From assembly GCA_903867855.1 (NCBI GenBank), contig CAIPTA010000181.1, positions 12,038 to 76,037 of the forward strand: a stretch of DNA of 64,000 nucleotides, in the 5' to 3' direction. This document shows positions 8,086 through 18,276 of the stretch, piece by piece. Numbering within the stretch: position 1 is the first letter of the stretch; each line of letters starts with the position of its first letter. Below the pieces are notes generated by a model that was not told where the DNA came from, did not search any database, and saw only the letters and a program-made list of their open reading frames with translations. This DNA comes from Oligoflexia bacterium. GTDB taxonomy: Bacteria; Bdellovibrionota; UBA1018; CAIPTA01. The position numbers and the translations under genes are program-made.

Positions 8086-8433
8086 ATGGAATACTTAGCA
8101 AAAACTAAAAAAAAGACGCTTGCAATGCGGCAAAAAACAATTACGCTAACGAATGTAAGAAATTGTCAGAGCAGTTTTCGTGGAGGAGAACTAGTGGGAA
8201 ATAAACTCTTTGATGAAGTGAAAGAATTGTCGGGATTGCCGGATGAGGTTGGTGGAGAACTTCAGACGCTGCTCGATAAACGTGGCCTTGCGCGCGAGCA
8301 GATGACTCTTGAGCAGCTTCGTGAAATGCTCTCGGAATATTTGGTGGAAGTGAATCGTCAGATGGAAGCTTCGGATGCGCTCTCAGCGGCATTCCACGCC
8401 ACAGTGCGATCCACAAAAGCGCCCACCCAGTAG
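8086..8433 (+). CDS. hypothetical protein (doubtful ORF; 3' end overlaps the convergent tRNA-dihydrouridine synthase gene)
   Basis: 115-aa ORF with no recognised motif. Its last 76 nt overlap the 3' end of the convergent 8358..9362 gene. Confidence 0.2.
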   Translation: MEYLAKTKKKTLAMRQKTITLTNVRNCQSSFRGGELVGNKLFDEVKELSGLPDEVGGELQTLLDKRGLAREQMTLEQLREMLSEYLVEVNRQMEASDALSAAFHATVRSTKAPTQ

Positions 8434-9362
8434 TCTTCAAAAAAGGCGCGAAGATCCTTCGCGTCTTCAAAGGTGAAAATTTTCTTTCTGGTTTCTTGCC
8501 AGTCTTTTGTTTGCGCCACGTACCAGGCCAGGTGCTTTTTCATTTGTACGCAACCCAACTTCGGATTCATATGCTCTTCGATCAAATCGAGGTGGCGACG
8601 AATCAAGCGAAACTTATATTCGTGCTGTTCCCGCGGAGTGAGCGTGGTGAAGTTACGATCAAAAACCCAAGGTTTGCCGAGTGCTCCGCGACCAATCATC
8701 ACCGAGTGACAGCCCGTTTCTTTCTGCATTCGCTCCGCATCCTCATAGGAGCGCACATCGCCATTTCCCGTGATGGGTAGTTTCACCGCTTCCACCACGG
8801 AGCGAATAATTTCCCAAGGAGCATGACCCGAATATTGCTGTGATCTTGTGCGCGGGTGCACGGCGATGGAATCCACGCCTTCCGATTCTGCAATTTGCGC
8901 GATCTCTACGGCGTTCACGTGGTGATCATCCCAACCACCGCGGATTTTAATGGTGAAGGGAATTTGCACCGCTTTGCGAATCGTGCGGAATACTTCAGCC
9001 GCTTTCAAGGGCTCGCGCATGAGCGCAGAACCTGCGCCAGTTTTCGTGATCTTCGGCACGGGGCAACCCATATTGAGATCGATTATATCCGCGCCTCTCT
9101 CTTCCATGATACGGGCCGCATAGGCGAGATCGGAGGGTTCGGCGCCGAAAATTTGGATCGCGATGGGTTTCTCTTCTGGGAGATAGCTCGCGAGGGAATA
9201 GGTGCGTTCGCTATTATAAACCAGGGCTTTGGCGCTAATTTCCTCGCTCGTGGTGAGCGAAGAGCCCAATTCCTTGCACAATAGCCGGAAGGGGGTATTG
9301 GAAATACCTGCCATTGGTGCGAGGCGGCATAGGTTTGTTAAATTATGTGGGCCAATGTTCAT
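8358..9362 (-). CDS. tRNA-dihydrouridine synthase (Dus family)
   Basis: IGPHNLTNLCRLAPMAGISNTPFR N-terminus and the FMN-binding TIM-barrel motifs ..IQIFGAEP..DIIDLNMGCPVPKITKTGAGSAL.. are present. Confidence 0.85.
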   Translation of the reverse strand: MNIGPHNLTNLCRLAPMAGISNTPFRLLCKELGSSLTTSEEISAKALVYNSERTYSLASYLPEEKPIAIQIFGAEPSDLAYAARIMEERGADIIDLNMGCPVPKITKTGAGSALMREPLKAAEVFRTIRKAVQIPFTIKIRGGWDDHHVNAVEIAQIAESEGVDSIAVHPRTRSQQYSGHAPWEIIRSVVEAVKLPITGNGDVRSYEDAERMQKETGCHSVMIGRGALGKPWVFDRNFTTLTPREQHEYKFRLIRRHLDLIEEHMNPKLGCVQMKKHLAWYVAQTKDWQETRKKIFTFEDAKDLRAFFEDYWVGAFVDRTVAWNAAESASEASI

Positions 9363-9481
9363 AGAAAGTGAAAAGGGTGTACAATAAAATTAGCTTCAGG
9401 TCTATCCCGACTAATCCGATATGTAGAATGAAGCAATTGCCTGAGAGGAGCCCTATAGTGAGCGACAGAGAACAGACCTCG

Positions 9482-10069
9482 ATGTATATCCCAAATCCAA
9501 TCGTAATCGAACAGACACCGAGGGGAGAGCGCCAGTACGATATTTACTCCCGCCTCATGCTCGATCGGATCATCTTTCTGGGCACAGAAGTGAATGATAC
9601 CGTGGCCAACCTTATCATGGCCCAGATGCTTTTCTTGGAAAGTAACGATCCAGATAAGGACATTAACTTTTATATCAATAGTCCCGGAGGCTCTGTGAGC
9701 GCGGGTCTTGGCATTTACGATGTGATGAAGTTCGTAAAGTGCGATGTTACCACCTATTGCATCGGCATGGCCGCTAGCATGGGAGCTTTCTTGCTTTCTG
9801 CGGGCACCAAGGGCAAGCGTTTTGCGCTACCTAATGCTCGTATCATGATTCACCAACCCTTGGGCGGAGCTCGCGGACAAGCCTCCGATATCGAGATTCA
9901 AGCCAAGGAAATTTTGTACTTGAAGAAGCGTCTCAATCAAATGCTCTCCGACCATACTGGACAGCCGATTGCGAAGGTGGAACAAGATACCGACCGCGAC
10001 AACTATATGAGCGCCGAAGAAGCGGTGAAGTATGGCCTAGTGGATAAAATGCTTACGCGTCACGAGTAA
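9482..10069 (+). CDS. clpP: ATP-dependent Clp protease proteolytic subunit
   Basis: [71 protein letters not shown] is the ClpP catalytic-triad context. An ATG at 9428 is an alternative start. The GTG at 9368 is rejected because it abuts the divergent Dus start. Confidence 0.9.
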   Translation: MYIPNPIVIEQTPRGERQYDIYSRLMLDRIIFLGTEVNDTVANLIMAQMLFLESNDPDKDINFYINSPGGSVSAGLGIYDVMKFVKCDVTTYCIGMAASMGAFLLSAGTKGKRFALPNARIMIHQPLGGARGQASDIEIQAKEILYLKKRLNQMLSDHTGQPIAKVEQDTDRDNYMSAEEAVKYGLVDKMLTRHE

Positions 10070-10084
10070 ATTTTTGGGGGAACG

Positions 10085-11413
10085 ATGAATAAGACTCCGA
10101 CTGGAACCGGCAAAGGCGGCACACTTTATTGCTCTTTCTGTGGCAAAAGCCAACGGGAAGTGAAGAAGTTGATCGCAGGACCAAGCGTTTATATTTGTGA
10201 CGAGTGTATTGATCTCTGCAACGATATCATTACCGAAGACGTTACCAAAGAAGCCCCTGGGGTAGCTGGCGCCAAGAAAACTGGCGTGGAAAGCTTGCCG
10301 AAACCAGAGGAAATCAAGAAGCACCTCGATGAATACGTGATCGGCCAAGATCGCGCCAAGCGAGTGCTCTCGGTGGCGGTGTATAACCACTACAAACGCA
10401 TTAGTCAGCCTGGTGGAAAATCCCCTGGGGGTATCGAACTCGCAAAATCCAATATTTTGCTGGTAGGCCCCACTGGTTCGGGAAAAACCCTGCTCGCGCA
10501 AACGCTCGCGCGCATGCTGAATGTGCCGTTCACGATCGCCGATGCGACCACGCTTACTGAGGCGGGTTATGTGGGGGAAGACGTAGAAAATATCATCCTC
10601 TCGCTCTTGCAGAACTGCGATTTCGACGTGCAACGTGCTCAAAAGGGCATTGTGTATATCGACGAGGTGGATAAGATCACCCGCAAATCGGAAAACCCAT
10701 CCATTACCCGCGACGTATCTGGGGAAGGCGTGCAACAAGCGCTCCTCAAGATCATCGAAGGTACGGTTGCCAATGTGCCGCCCAAAGGGGGACGCAAACA
10801 CCCTCAGCAAGAGTTCATTCAGGTAGATACCTCGAATATTCTCTTCATCTGCGGTGGCGCTTTCGTGGGTCTCGAGAAAACAATTCAAAACCGTATGGGC
10901 AAACGTGCCATGGGTTTGAGCACGAATCACAAAGAGAAAAAATTGCTCACCGGCCAGGAACTCTTCTCTGGCTTGGAGCCTGAGGATTTGGTTCATTACG
11001 GCTTGATTCCAGAGTTCGTAGGACGCTTGCCCGTAGTGGCCGCTCTTGCGGAGCTCGATGAAGCCGCTCTCGTGGACATTCTCACGAAGCCAAAAAACGC
11101 GCTCATCAAGCAATACCAAGCGCTGCTACAGATGGACAATGTGGCTCTCGAGTTCGAGAATCCTGCGATCCATGCGGTAGCTCAAGAAGCTCTACGCCGC
11201 CGCACAGGGGCAAGGGGACTTCGCGCCGTGCTCGAACAGCATATGCTAGATGTGATGTATGAAATCCCTGGTAGCACGAATATCAAGGGTTGCCGCGTGA
11301 CAAAAGAAGTGATCACGAACAACCAAAAACCAGAGCTGATCTATGCAGATCCCACTCCGGTGAAGAAGCCAGGCGAAGAAACTAAGACGCCATCTGACCA
11401 AGAAATCGCATGA
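10085..11413 (+). CDS. clpX: ATP-dependent Clp protease ATP-binding subunit ClpX
   Basis: N-terminal C4 zinc ribbon (CSFCGK..CDEC), Walker A GPTGSGKT and the full AAA+ module are present. The gene lies directly downstream of clpP. Confidence 0.95.
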   Translation: MNKTPTGTGKGGTLYCSFCGKSQREVKKLIAGPSVYICDECIDLCNDIITEDVTKEAPGVAGAKKTGVESLPKPEEIKKHLDEYVIGQDRAKRVLSVAVYNHYKRISQPGGKSPGGIELAKSNILLVGPTGSGKTLLAQTLARMLNVPFTIADATTLTEAGYVGEDVENIILSLLQNCDFDVQRAQKGIVYIDEVDKITRKSENPSITRDVSGEGVQQALLKIIEGTVANVPPKGGRKHPQQEFIQVDTSNILFICGGAFVGLEKTIQNRMGKRAMGLSTNHKEKKLLTGQELFSGLEPEDLVHYGLIPEFVGRLPVVAALAELDEAALVDILTKPKNALIKQYQALLQMDNVALEFENPAIHAVAQEALRRRTGARGLRAVLEQHMLDVMYEIPGSTNIKGCRVTKEVITNNQKPELIYADPTPVKKPGEETKTPSDQEIA

Positions 11414-11472
11414 TCCTTGACAGGGCCGCGTCTTTCTCCTAGTCTGTGTTCATTCACTGAAGGAGAATTTCT

Positions 11473-11700
11473 ATGGCCCGCGTCACCGTTGAAGATTGTC
11501 TGAAGCATGTAGTTAACCGCTATGAACTGGTGCACCTTTGCACTCGTCGTGCTCGTCAATTGCACCGTGGCGCAGAGCGTCTAGTTCCTTGCAAAAACAA
11601 TGATGTGATCGCAGCCCTTCGTGAAATCGCTGCTGGCAAAGTGCATTTCTTGCCACCATCTGCTCCTGTAGTAGACGAAAGCTCCACGCTCACCCAGTGA
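11473..11700 (+). CDS. rpoZ: DNA-directed RNA polymerase subunit omega
   Basis: MARVTVEDCLKHVVNRYELVHLCTRRARQL is a typical RpoZ N-terminus. Confidence 0.85.
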   Translation: MARVTVEDCLKHVVNRYELVHLCTRRARQLHRGAERLVPCKNNDVIAALREIAAGKVHFLPPSAPVVDESSTLTQ

Positions 11701-12677
11701 TCGTTCGCGCTGTTCTCTTCGCTATTCTTTTCAGTTCTTCGCTAGCCCGCGCTGCGGATAGGACTACTTCTATTCCCTATCTAGGGCCCGGCACGGATGT
11801 GATGTCGAAGGAGGAGTACCAGCGCGTTTACAAAAACTATATTCAGCTCAGTGCTCTCCTTGGCTATCCTTTTTTAGAAGGCAACGGTCCTGCTTGCGAT
11901 CATGACCTTCGCTCGATCTTTCGTCAATCCGGCTTCTTTAGTTATCCTGTGCCTGCGGATGCGGAGGAAGTGAAGAAGAGCAAATTTAGTTCAGGTTCTT
12001 CATTGGTGGAAAGCTACGAGCTTGGTGGCATCAGCATCCAAGTGGTGCGCGATGGAAAAACGAAAGCCTTAGATCGACTAATTTTAGTGAATGCGATCAC
12101 GCCAAAGGCCAAGCGTAAGTTGAGTCAGCTCCTGCGCAAAGAAATTTTATCCCTAGACCGTGACACTCGCACCGGCCTTGAAAAGGTGGCGGGCCTGCCT
12201 GTGGGATTTCCCCATCCCTTGCTCACTCAGGAATCCCAAGGTCTTTATGTGAAAATATTAAAATTCAATGGCAAGTTGGATGGCTGCGCGCCCTTGGCCT
12301 ACCTCGATAATACTTGGGTGGGCGGCTTTAATATCACTGATGCTGGTTGCCATGAGTTGCAGGATGCGGTGGAACAGGTGTGGACTGGCCATTCGACGGC
12401 GAAAAATTTTGCTGCCAGCGAAGTGCAAAAGATGCGGGATCACGCCATGAAACAAGCGATGAGCCATGGTTTAAGTGAGGCTGAGGCAGCAAAAATTGTG
12501 GCGAAGAATATAGTGGAACCCTTCACGGCGGATGTAAACGTGATCGGCAATGCGATGAGAAATTTGGCGCAATGTAATTCTCTGGCCCTCGGCAGCGGGA
12601 AGAAATCTCCTGGCGGCTCTGAACAGGAATCTCCCAATAAAGCAAATTCTACTCCCACAGGGAGCTCAGCAAAATAG
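11697..12677 (+). CDS. secreted hypothetical protein
   Basis: GTG start overlaps the rpoZ stop codon. Signal peptide MIVRAVLFAILFSSSLARA. No recognised catalytic motif. Confidence 0.45.
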   Translation: MIVRAVLFAILFSSSLARAADRTTSIPYLGPGTDVMSKEEYQRVYKNYIQLSALLGYPFLEGNGPACDHDLRSIFRQSGFFSYPVPADAEEVKKSKFSSGSSLVESYELGGISIQVVRDGKTKALDRLILVNAITPKAKRKLSQLLRKEILSLDRDTRTGLEKVAGLPVGFPHPLLTQESQGLYVKILKFNGKLDGCAPLAYLDNTWVGGFNITDAGCHELQDAVEQVWTGHSTAKNFAASEVQKMRDHAMKQAMSHGLSEAEAAKIVAKNIVEPFTADVNVIGNAMRNLAQCNSLALGSGKKSPGGSEQESPNKANSTPTGSSAK

Positions 12678-12685
12678 GAGAGGGT

Positions 12686-13930
12686 ATGATGAAGCAGATT
12701 TTATGGTTCTCTTTGTTTTTTAGCCTAGCGGCCTCCGCGGCCCCTGATTGCTCTAAGAAAATGGGCGATCGACCCAATAAATCAGCGAAGCCGGGCACGG
12801 TGAATACCGCCATGCCGATCGAGCATATTGTGGTGCTCATGCAAGAGAACCATAGCTTTGATAATTATTTCGGGAAACTCAACCAACCGCAATTCTACGG
12901 ATCAGCGATTGACGGCGTTTTAGATACGATGTGGAATCCCGATCAAGACGATAACAAAGTATTTGCCCATCATGAGGAAACGCTCTGCGTTTCTAATCCT
13001 AAGCACGATTGGGAATCCATGCATAGCGATTGGGATAACGGCAAAAATGATCAGTTCGTGGTGAATAATAATAACCAAACAATCGGCTATTTCGATCAAA
13101 CGGACATTCCCTTTTACTATGCTCTCGCAAATCGCTTTGCGGTAGCAGATCGCTATTTTGCCTCCGCGATGACTCAAACCTATCCAAATCGATTTTATTT
13201 ACTCACCGGAACATCCTTTGGACACGTGGAGAATGATCCAGTTTATTTTGGCAAGTTTAGCCAGAAAACTATTTTTGAATTGCTCACAGAAAATGGCATT
13301 AGCTGGAAATACTATAATGATGGCTCCGGGTATTTTCAGTTGTTCAAGTACTCTGCTAGCACTGCGGATAAGATCGTGAACCCATCGCAATTTGTGCAGG
13401 ATTTAAATTCCGGCAAGCTTCCTCAGGTTTCCTTTATCGATGCGAGTGATAAAGGGGAAGATGAACATCCCTCCGCCGATATTCAGCAGGGCCAAGTATT
13501 CGTGGCGCAAAGAATTAAAGAGCTCACTCAGAGCCCCTATTGGGCTAATAGCGTGCTTTTTCTCGCCTATGATGAGAACGGTGGCTTTTTTGATCACGTG
13601 GCTCCACCGGCAGCCTGCGCGCCGGATAGCATTGGCCCAAATCGCTTTGGCTTGCCCACAGGTGGCGATTTTCAGCACTACGGATTCCGTGTGCCCTTTG
13701 TGGCTGTATCGCCCTTTGCAAAAACGCACTATGTTTCCCATAAGACCTATGATCACACCTCGATCCTTCGCTTCATTGAAACGAAATTTAATTTACCAGC
13801 GCTAACCTCAAGGGATGCGAATGCCGATGATCTTTCCGATCTCTTCGATTATTCACAATCGAACCTAAGCGTAGATCTTCCAAGCGGAGCTATGGATCCC
13901 GCGAAAGCGTGTAAAGACTCTATTTTCTGA
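12686..13930 (+). CDS. secreted phosphoesterase-family enzyme (phospholipase C / AcpA acid-phosphatase type)
   Basis: Signal peptide MMKQILWFSLFFSLAASA. Hallmark IEHIVVLMQENHSFDNYFG of the PF04185 phosphoesterases. An AGGAGAGGG RBS precedes the ATG. Confidence 0.75.
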   Translation: MMKQILWFSLFFSLAASAAPDCSKKMGDRPNKSAKPGTVNTAMPIEHIVVLMQENHSFDNYFGKLNQPQFYGSAIDGVLDTMWNPDQDDNKVFAHHEETLCVSNPKHDWESMHSDWDNGKNDQFVVNNNNQTIGYFDQTDIPFYYALANRFAVADRYFASAMTQTYPNRFYLLTGTSFGHVENDPVYFGKFSQKTIFELLTENGISWKYYNDGSGYFQLFKYSASTADKIVNPSQFVQDLNSGKLPQVSFIDASDKGEDEHPSADIQQGQVFVAQRIKELTQSPYWANSVLFLAYDENGGFFDHVAPPAACAPDSIGPNRFGLPTGGDFQHYGFRVPFVAVSPFAKTHYVSHKTYDHTSILRFIETKFNLPALTSRDANADDLSDLFDYSQSNLSVDLPSGAMDPAKACKDSIF

Positions 13931-13970
13931 TTCAATTTCATAGATTTCGGGAAATTGCCGATCTATTTAG

Positions 13971-16475
13971 GTGAGATTTTTCGCCTTTTATTTTGCTGCC
14001 TTTTTTCTAAGTCATTCCGTGGCGTTCGCCGTTGATCTAGGGCCATTATTTAAAAATTGCCAAGAGGCATGGTCTAAACTTAGCACTTCGCAATCTAAGG
14101 ATAGGCAAGCCTTGCTCGATAGGGTGAATCCGTCTACCGACACATTGGATCAACTGGATCGCTTAACTGCTGTAGAAGATATTTTAAAATGGGGCAAAAC
14201 CACGGATGACGAATTGGATTATCTGCGCCTCATTCGTCTCCGCGATTATGTAGATGCACCAAATTATATGGCCGGTGTGGAAATCTATGGCCAGGAAACC
14301 TATCTCGCTTGGCGTGATGCAGATGAATTTTTAAAGAGCATTCCGATTGGAAAATTTGAACCCACTATCGATGTGCTTTCAAAGAATCATCGCTTGGCCA
14401 CATCTGCCTTGTCGAAAACTCTGAAGCGTCTTGATAGTATCATCCCCGATGGTCTGCTGGCGGATAAGGGCGGAGTGATCAAGCGTAGAAGCTCGATCAA
14501 TATTGTGCCGATCTTGGACCCCTTGAAACATCCCTTCACAGATGAGCAGTATGCGGCCATCAAAGCAAACCAATGGCTTCAGGGATTTGTAGAGCTCCCC
14601 ATTCATCAGCCTGGTAAACATTTTGGATATATCTACTATTCGAAACCAGAGGATACACAGCCTGAGCTCGAGGCCTTAATTAAATGGTATGATCTCAATA
14701 AAAATAAAATGGATCCGGTGGAGCTCGCCGCAAAGTTTTCCTATCGTTATACTTCGATTCATCCTTTCATTGATGGGAATGGACGTTCTTCTCGGCTCAT
14801 CATGGATCGTATCCTCGCTGAATATGGATTACCTCCACCCTTATTAAAAGATTCGTGGGAAGATATTGTGCTCGGCGAAGATAAATATGTGCAAGAAGTG
14901 CGCGATGGGATTGATCGCTACTTAACCCTAGCAGAACAAAAAGCGCCAACTTATTATAATAATAAAAGTGGCAACTTAGTTACAACAGGGGTGTTAAAAC
15001 TGTCGGCCGCTAGCGATAGAGTGCTCGCACCACTCAGCGGAGAAACATTTAAGGTAGAAGGCAAAGAACTTTATTTCAGCACTACAGATGGATTTTTCTA
15101 TGATCATTTTGGTGTGCCGTATTTGGTGCACGAAAATCGATTTTATCCAGTGGCCGATCGTAGCTATCGTTTATATGAATTGAATGCTACGGCAAAAATA
15201 GATGGATATACTGCAGGGCTCAGCAAAGGCCATGCCCTACAGCTAAGAGAGAATTTGCGTTTTATCAAAAGCGTTGCGGATAAAAGCGCAGATTTAACGA
15301 CGTTCACGGTGGAGCCGTATTCTTCGATCGCAGCCGCGAATAAAATTGGAGATTTCCAGTTTTTCCCTTGGCAGAAAGATCTTTTTCAAAGCGCGGCCAC
15401 AATTACGGAAACAGATCCAACTAAAATTCTTTCCGTGTTTCGCTTTCAAAAAACCACTTTCGCTGCTGGCGCAAATCCAGAAACGATACTGGCTCAGTAT
15501 GAGTATGTAGATTACCTATATTGGCAAATGCAGCAAGCGGCCAAAAAATATTTTCCTGATCTTGAGGCTACCGTGATGGAGAGTCGTCAAAAGTTGCACC
15601 AAGCGGGAAGAGATTTGCTAGAGCCTTATCGTCAGGCCCGTAATGCACTTCCGTCTGAAGGTGCCCAGCGAGTAAGCAATAACTATCGAGTGAAGCTTTT
15701 CGATGCTTACTTGGAAAATTCTAAGCTCAGTTATAAGAGCTTCGATCGAGCCATGGACGCTATGCCAGACGATTCCATGGTGGTGATGCGTAGTGATATG
15801 CCGATCGTTTCCAAAATTGGCTTCACTTCTATTAGCGATTTTAGGAAGTTGTTCACCAGCCTGCCAAATTCCAAGAAGTTGGGGATTTTCCTCGAAAAAT
15901 TGCAAGCCTTCATGACGGGAGAAGGCAAGCGCCCCCTGCAGCAAGTTATTGCTGGAATTCACGAAAAAATTGAAAATAATGAAGGCCCTTTTAAGTTCTT
16001 GCCGCCATTTTTAGAGAAGATGTATTTTGATATTGAAAAAACCTATAACGATGGCGGTTACAACGCATTTCTAACTGCGCTAGCTAAAGTTCTAGAGAGT
16101 CCCTATGTTCATCGAGGTCTGGGCGACGAGTGGGAGCGTGCCTTCGTAGTGCAGCAATTACATGCTGGAGATGTGGGGAATAAATCTCTTAAATCTTTCA
16201 CAACGAACACAAATTTAATGAGTGGGGTGCCTTTTGTGGATATTCCTGCAAAGGGACAAATCTCCTTTGTGCGAATTCCAAAAACCAAGATCAAGCCTCA
16301 ACTGGGCTCTGATATGTTTACGAATGAATACGAAATATTGGCAACCGATATAGTTGGGCCGCAGAGAATTATTCAAAAGTTTTCTGGAGCGGAATTGGCG
16401 CAGCCAATTACTCCGGTAGAAGCTCTGCCGGATACAGATCCAAATAAACAATTTATGCAGCAGTATTTTAATTGA
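13971..16475 (+). CDS. large secreted Fic (Fido) domain protein
   Basis: Signal peptide ..FFAFYFAAFFLSHSVAFA. The canonical Fic active-site motif H-P-F-x-D-G-N-G-R-x-x-R (HPFIDGNGRSSR) is intact and embedded in an otherwise unrecognised 834-aa protein. No (S/T)xxxE(G/N) inhibitory motif was noticed by eye. Confidence 0.75.
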   Translation: MRFFAFYFAAFFLSHSVAFAVDLGPLFKNCQEAWSKLSTSQSKDRQALLDRVNPSTDTLDQLDRLTAVEDILKWGKTTDDELDYLRLIRLRDYVDAPNYMAGVEIYGQETYLAWRDADEFLKSIPIGKFEPTIDVLSKNHRLATSALSKTLKRLDSIIPDGLLADKGGVIKRRSSINIVPILDPLKHPFTDEQYAAIKANQWLQGFVELPIHQPGKHFGYIYYSKPEDTQPELEALIKWYDLNKNKMDPVELAAKFSYRYTSIHPFIDGNGRSSRLIMDRILAEYGLPPPLLKDSWEDIVLGEDKYVQEVRDGIDRYLTLAEQKAPTYYNNKSGNLVTTGVLKLSAASDRVLAPLSGETFKVEGKELYFSTTDGFFYDHFGVPYLVHENRFYPVADRSYRLYELNATAKIDGYTAGLSKGHALQLRENLRFIKSVADKSADLTTFTVEPYSSIAAANKIGDFQFFPWQKDLFQSAATITETDPTKILSVFRFQKTTFAAGANPETILAQYEYVDYLYWQMQQAAKKYFPDLEATVMESRQKLHQAGRDLLEPYRQARNALPSEGAQRVSNNYRVKLFDAYLENSKLSYKSFDRAMDAMPDDSMVVMRSDMPIVSKIGFTSISDFRKLFTSLPNSKKLGIFLEKLQAFMTGEGKRPLQQVIAGIHEKIENNEGPFKFLPPFLEKMYFDIEKTYNDGGYNAFLTALAKVLESPYVHRGLGDEWERAFVVQQLHAGDVGNKSLKSFTTNTNLMSGVPFVDIPAKGQISFVRIPKTKIKPQLGSDMFTNEYEILATDIVGPQRIIQKFSGAELAQPITPVEALPDTDPNKQFMQQYFN

Positions 16476-18156
16476 TTGCTGGAAGCAGTGTGCTTAAGGA
16501 ACCCAGATCGTTTCTAAGTTGAATACCGATTCCGGCACCGAGGCCAGCGCAGGAATTAGTAACACTTTTTTTAATCGCAAATGTATTTTTGCAGTATTGA
16601 TTTTTTACGTCCGGAGCGGAAGGTTCCGCATCGGAGCAGAAAATAGAATTAAATATGGATAGACCAGAAGTCACATCTCCCAAAGGGTTCACTATATCTA
16701 TTACTTGGCCGCCAGCCAGGGCAAGGCCACCCTCATAGATCCCAATTCCGCCAATCGCGGCCACTAACTGATGAGGCAATTCCGTATCACTTGTGGAAAT
16801 CACGCCTTTTCCAAAAAATAGACCCGAAACTAAGTCCGCACCAAAGTCGATAGGGGCATTAATGGTGGAATCGATGATCGTGCCCACATAGCCAATATCA
16901 GAAGCAAAATAAGCGGCACCACGAAAAATCGGAGTAAAGAAATTTTCCTGTGGAGCTGGTGGTGGCGGTGAAATTTTTTTCTGGGGCAAGGGGTGAATTG
17001 TGTCTACCACTATTTTCGCTACGGCCTTAGCCTGGCCTGGCTGGAATTTTTCTTCGAGCATTTGAAAACTGCCTTGGTATCGCATTAGTAGTGCTTCGAT
17101 AAAGAGTACGTCATCCTCTCCCAGCGCACGATAAGATTTCGCGGCTCTTTCCATGGCTCCGGGTATATCTGAATAATGGTCTGATTCGCGCAATTCGAGA
17201 ATAGTATTCCAGACTAATTGATCTGCTTTTTCTTGCCCGAGTTGGTCTCTTATTTTCCAAAGGAATGATGGCAAAAAACTTTCCCATTTCGTTTCTGTTG
17301 GCGTGGAATTTGTGACTTCAACTATTTTACTGAAATCCAGTTCGTAGCTTTCGCCCGCGAATTCCTTAAGGCCAAGAAAAGAATTTTTTTCATTTATCGA
17401 GCTAGCCAGGTAGCTGCCCAGATTCAAGGAGATTGGTTTTTTTTCTGGATCGGGGAGTAGTCCGGGAGAATCTACGGCTGCATAGAATGCTTCCAAGTAA
17501 ATTAGGTCGGGCAGCTTGGCTGCGTCCATCCCAAAGTTAAAGTGGGCGAGGGTTTTGGCTGGTTCGAGTATTCCTAGAGTTACCCAGTCGTGTTCATAAA
17601 CTGCCTGGCCTTCATTCTCTGCGGTATCATACCAGTTTATATCTTCTAATCCTTGCTTGCGGCTATGAAACCAAATTTCTTCATTCCAGGAGCCATTTCT
17701 AGGAATATAGCGAGCGCTATTAAATTCCGCTTTTTCGGAAAAATGTTTTTGGGCATCGAATGCTTTATTCAAATCAAGCCGAACCAAAATTTTTCGATCT
17801 AGTGCTGAGTCTGGGCGTATTTGCGTGGCTAGTTTCAAAAAATATTCATGGGCCTTGGTGAGGTGGTAGAGCACATTGTTCGCATCAAAGGAGCGTTTTT
17901 TTATTGCGTCTTCACTGTCGGCACTTACTAATTTGAAGAAAGAATTTTCTGCCGCGTTGGAGCTATTTATTTGGAGTGCGCTTTTACAGCTTTCTTCTTC
18001 CAGCGAAGTTATTTTATAGCCTTGGTCGCTATCGATTTTTTCACTTGTAATAATAGCGCATTTATCTACGCTAGCCTCGATGGCGTTTTGGAGCTTCGCT
18101 ACCGCAGGCTGCGTGCAGAATAAGCTAAGGATTAGATAGAGCCATGGGCGATGCAT
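16468..18156 (-). CDS. secreted hypothetical protein with Gly-rich C-terminal region
   Basis: Signal peptide MHRPWLYLILSLFCTQPAVA and 562 aa. Convergent with the Fic gene, with which it overlaps by 8 nt. No known motif. Confidence 0.45.
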   Translation of the reverse strand: MHRPWLYLILSLFCTQPAVAKLQNAIEASVDKCAIITSEKIDSDQGYKITSLEEESCKSALQINSSNAAENSFFKLVSADSEDAIKKRSFDANNVLYHLTKAHEYFLKLATQIRPDSALDRKILVRLDLNKAFDAQKHFSEKAEFNSARYIPRNGSWNEEIWFHSRKQGLEDINWYDTAENEGQAVYEHDWVTLGILEPAKTLAHFNFGMDAAKLPDLIYLEAFYAAVDSPGLLPDPEKKPISLNLGSYLASSINEKNSFLGLKEFAGESYELDFSKIVEVTNSTPTETKWESFLPSFLWKIRDQLGQEKADQLVWNTILELRESDHYSDIPGAMERAAKSYRALGEDDVLFIEALLMRYQGSFQMLEEKFQPGQAKAVAKIVVDTIHPLPQKKISPPPPAPQENFFTPIFRGAAYFASDIGYVGTIIDSTINAPIDFGADLVSGLFFGKGVISTSDTELPHQLVAAIGGIGIYEGGLALAGGQVIDIVNPLGDVTSGLSIFNSIFCSDAEPSAPDVKNQYCKNTFAIKKSVTNSCAGLGAGIGIQLRNDLGSLSTLLPAIN

Positions 18157-18276
18157 CGCCTTAAATAAGCAAGAATTGCGCCCGTCTCTAGATCAGGTAT
18201 ATTTGCTTTGAGGGGTGCAACTCTGTCTACGGTTTTGACACTCGCAGAATTGGTCACAAGAGGCTTGAAATTGGGC

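Noticed and set aside
9368-9481. Upstream GTG/ATG extensions of clpP (starts at 9368 or 9428)
   Set aside because: The 9368 GTG lies 6 nt from the divergent Dus start codon, leaving no promoter. The mature ClpP core (IVIEQT...) begins just after the ATG at 9482. The 9428 ATG remains a possible alternative.
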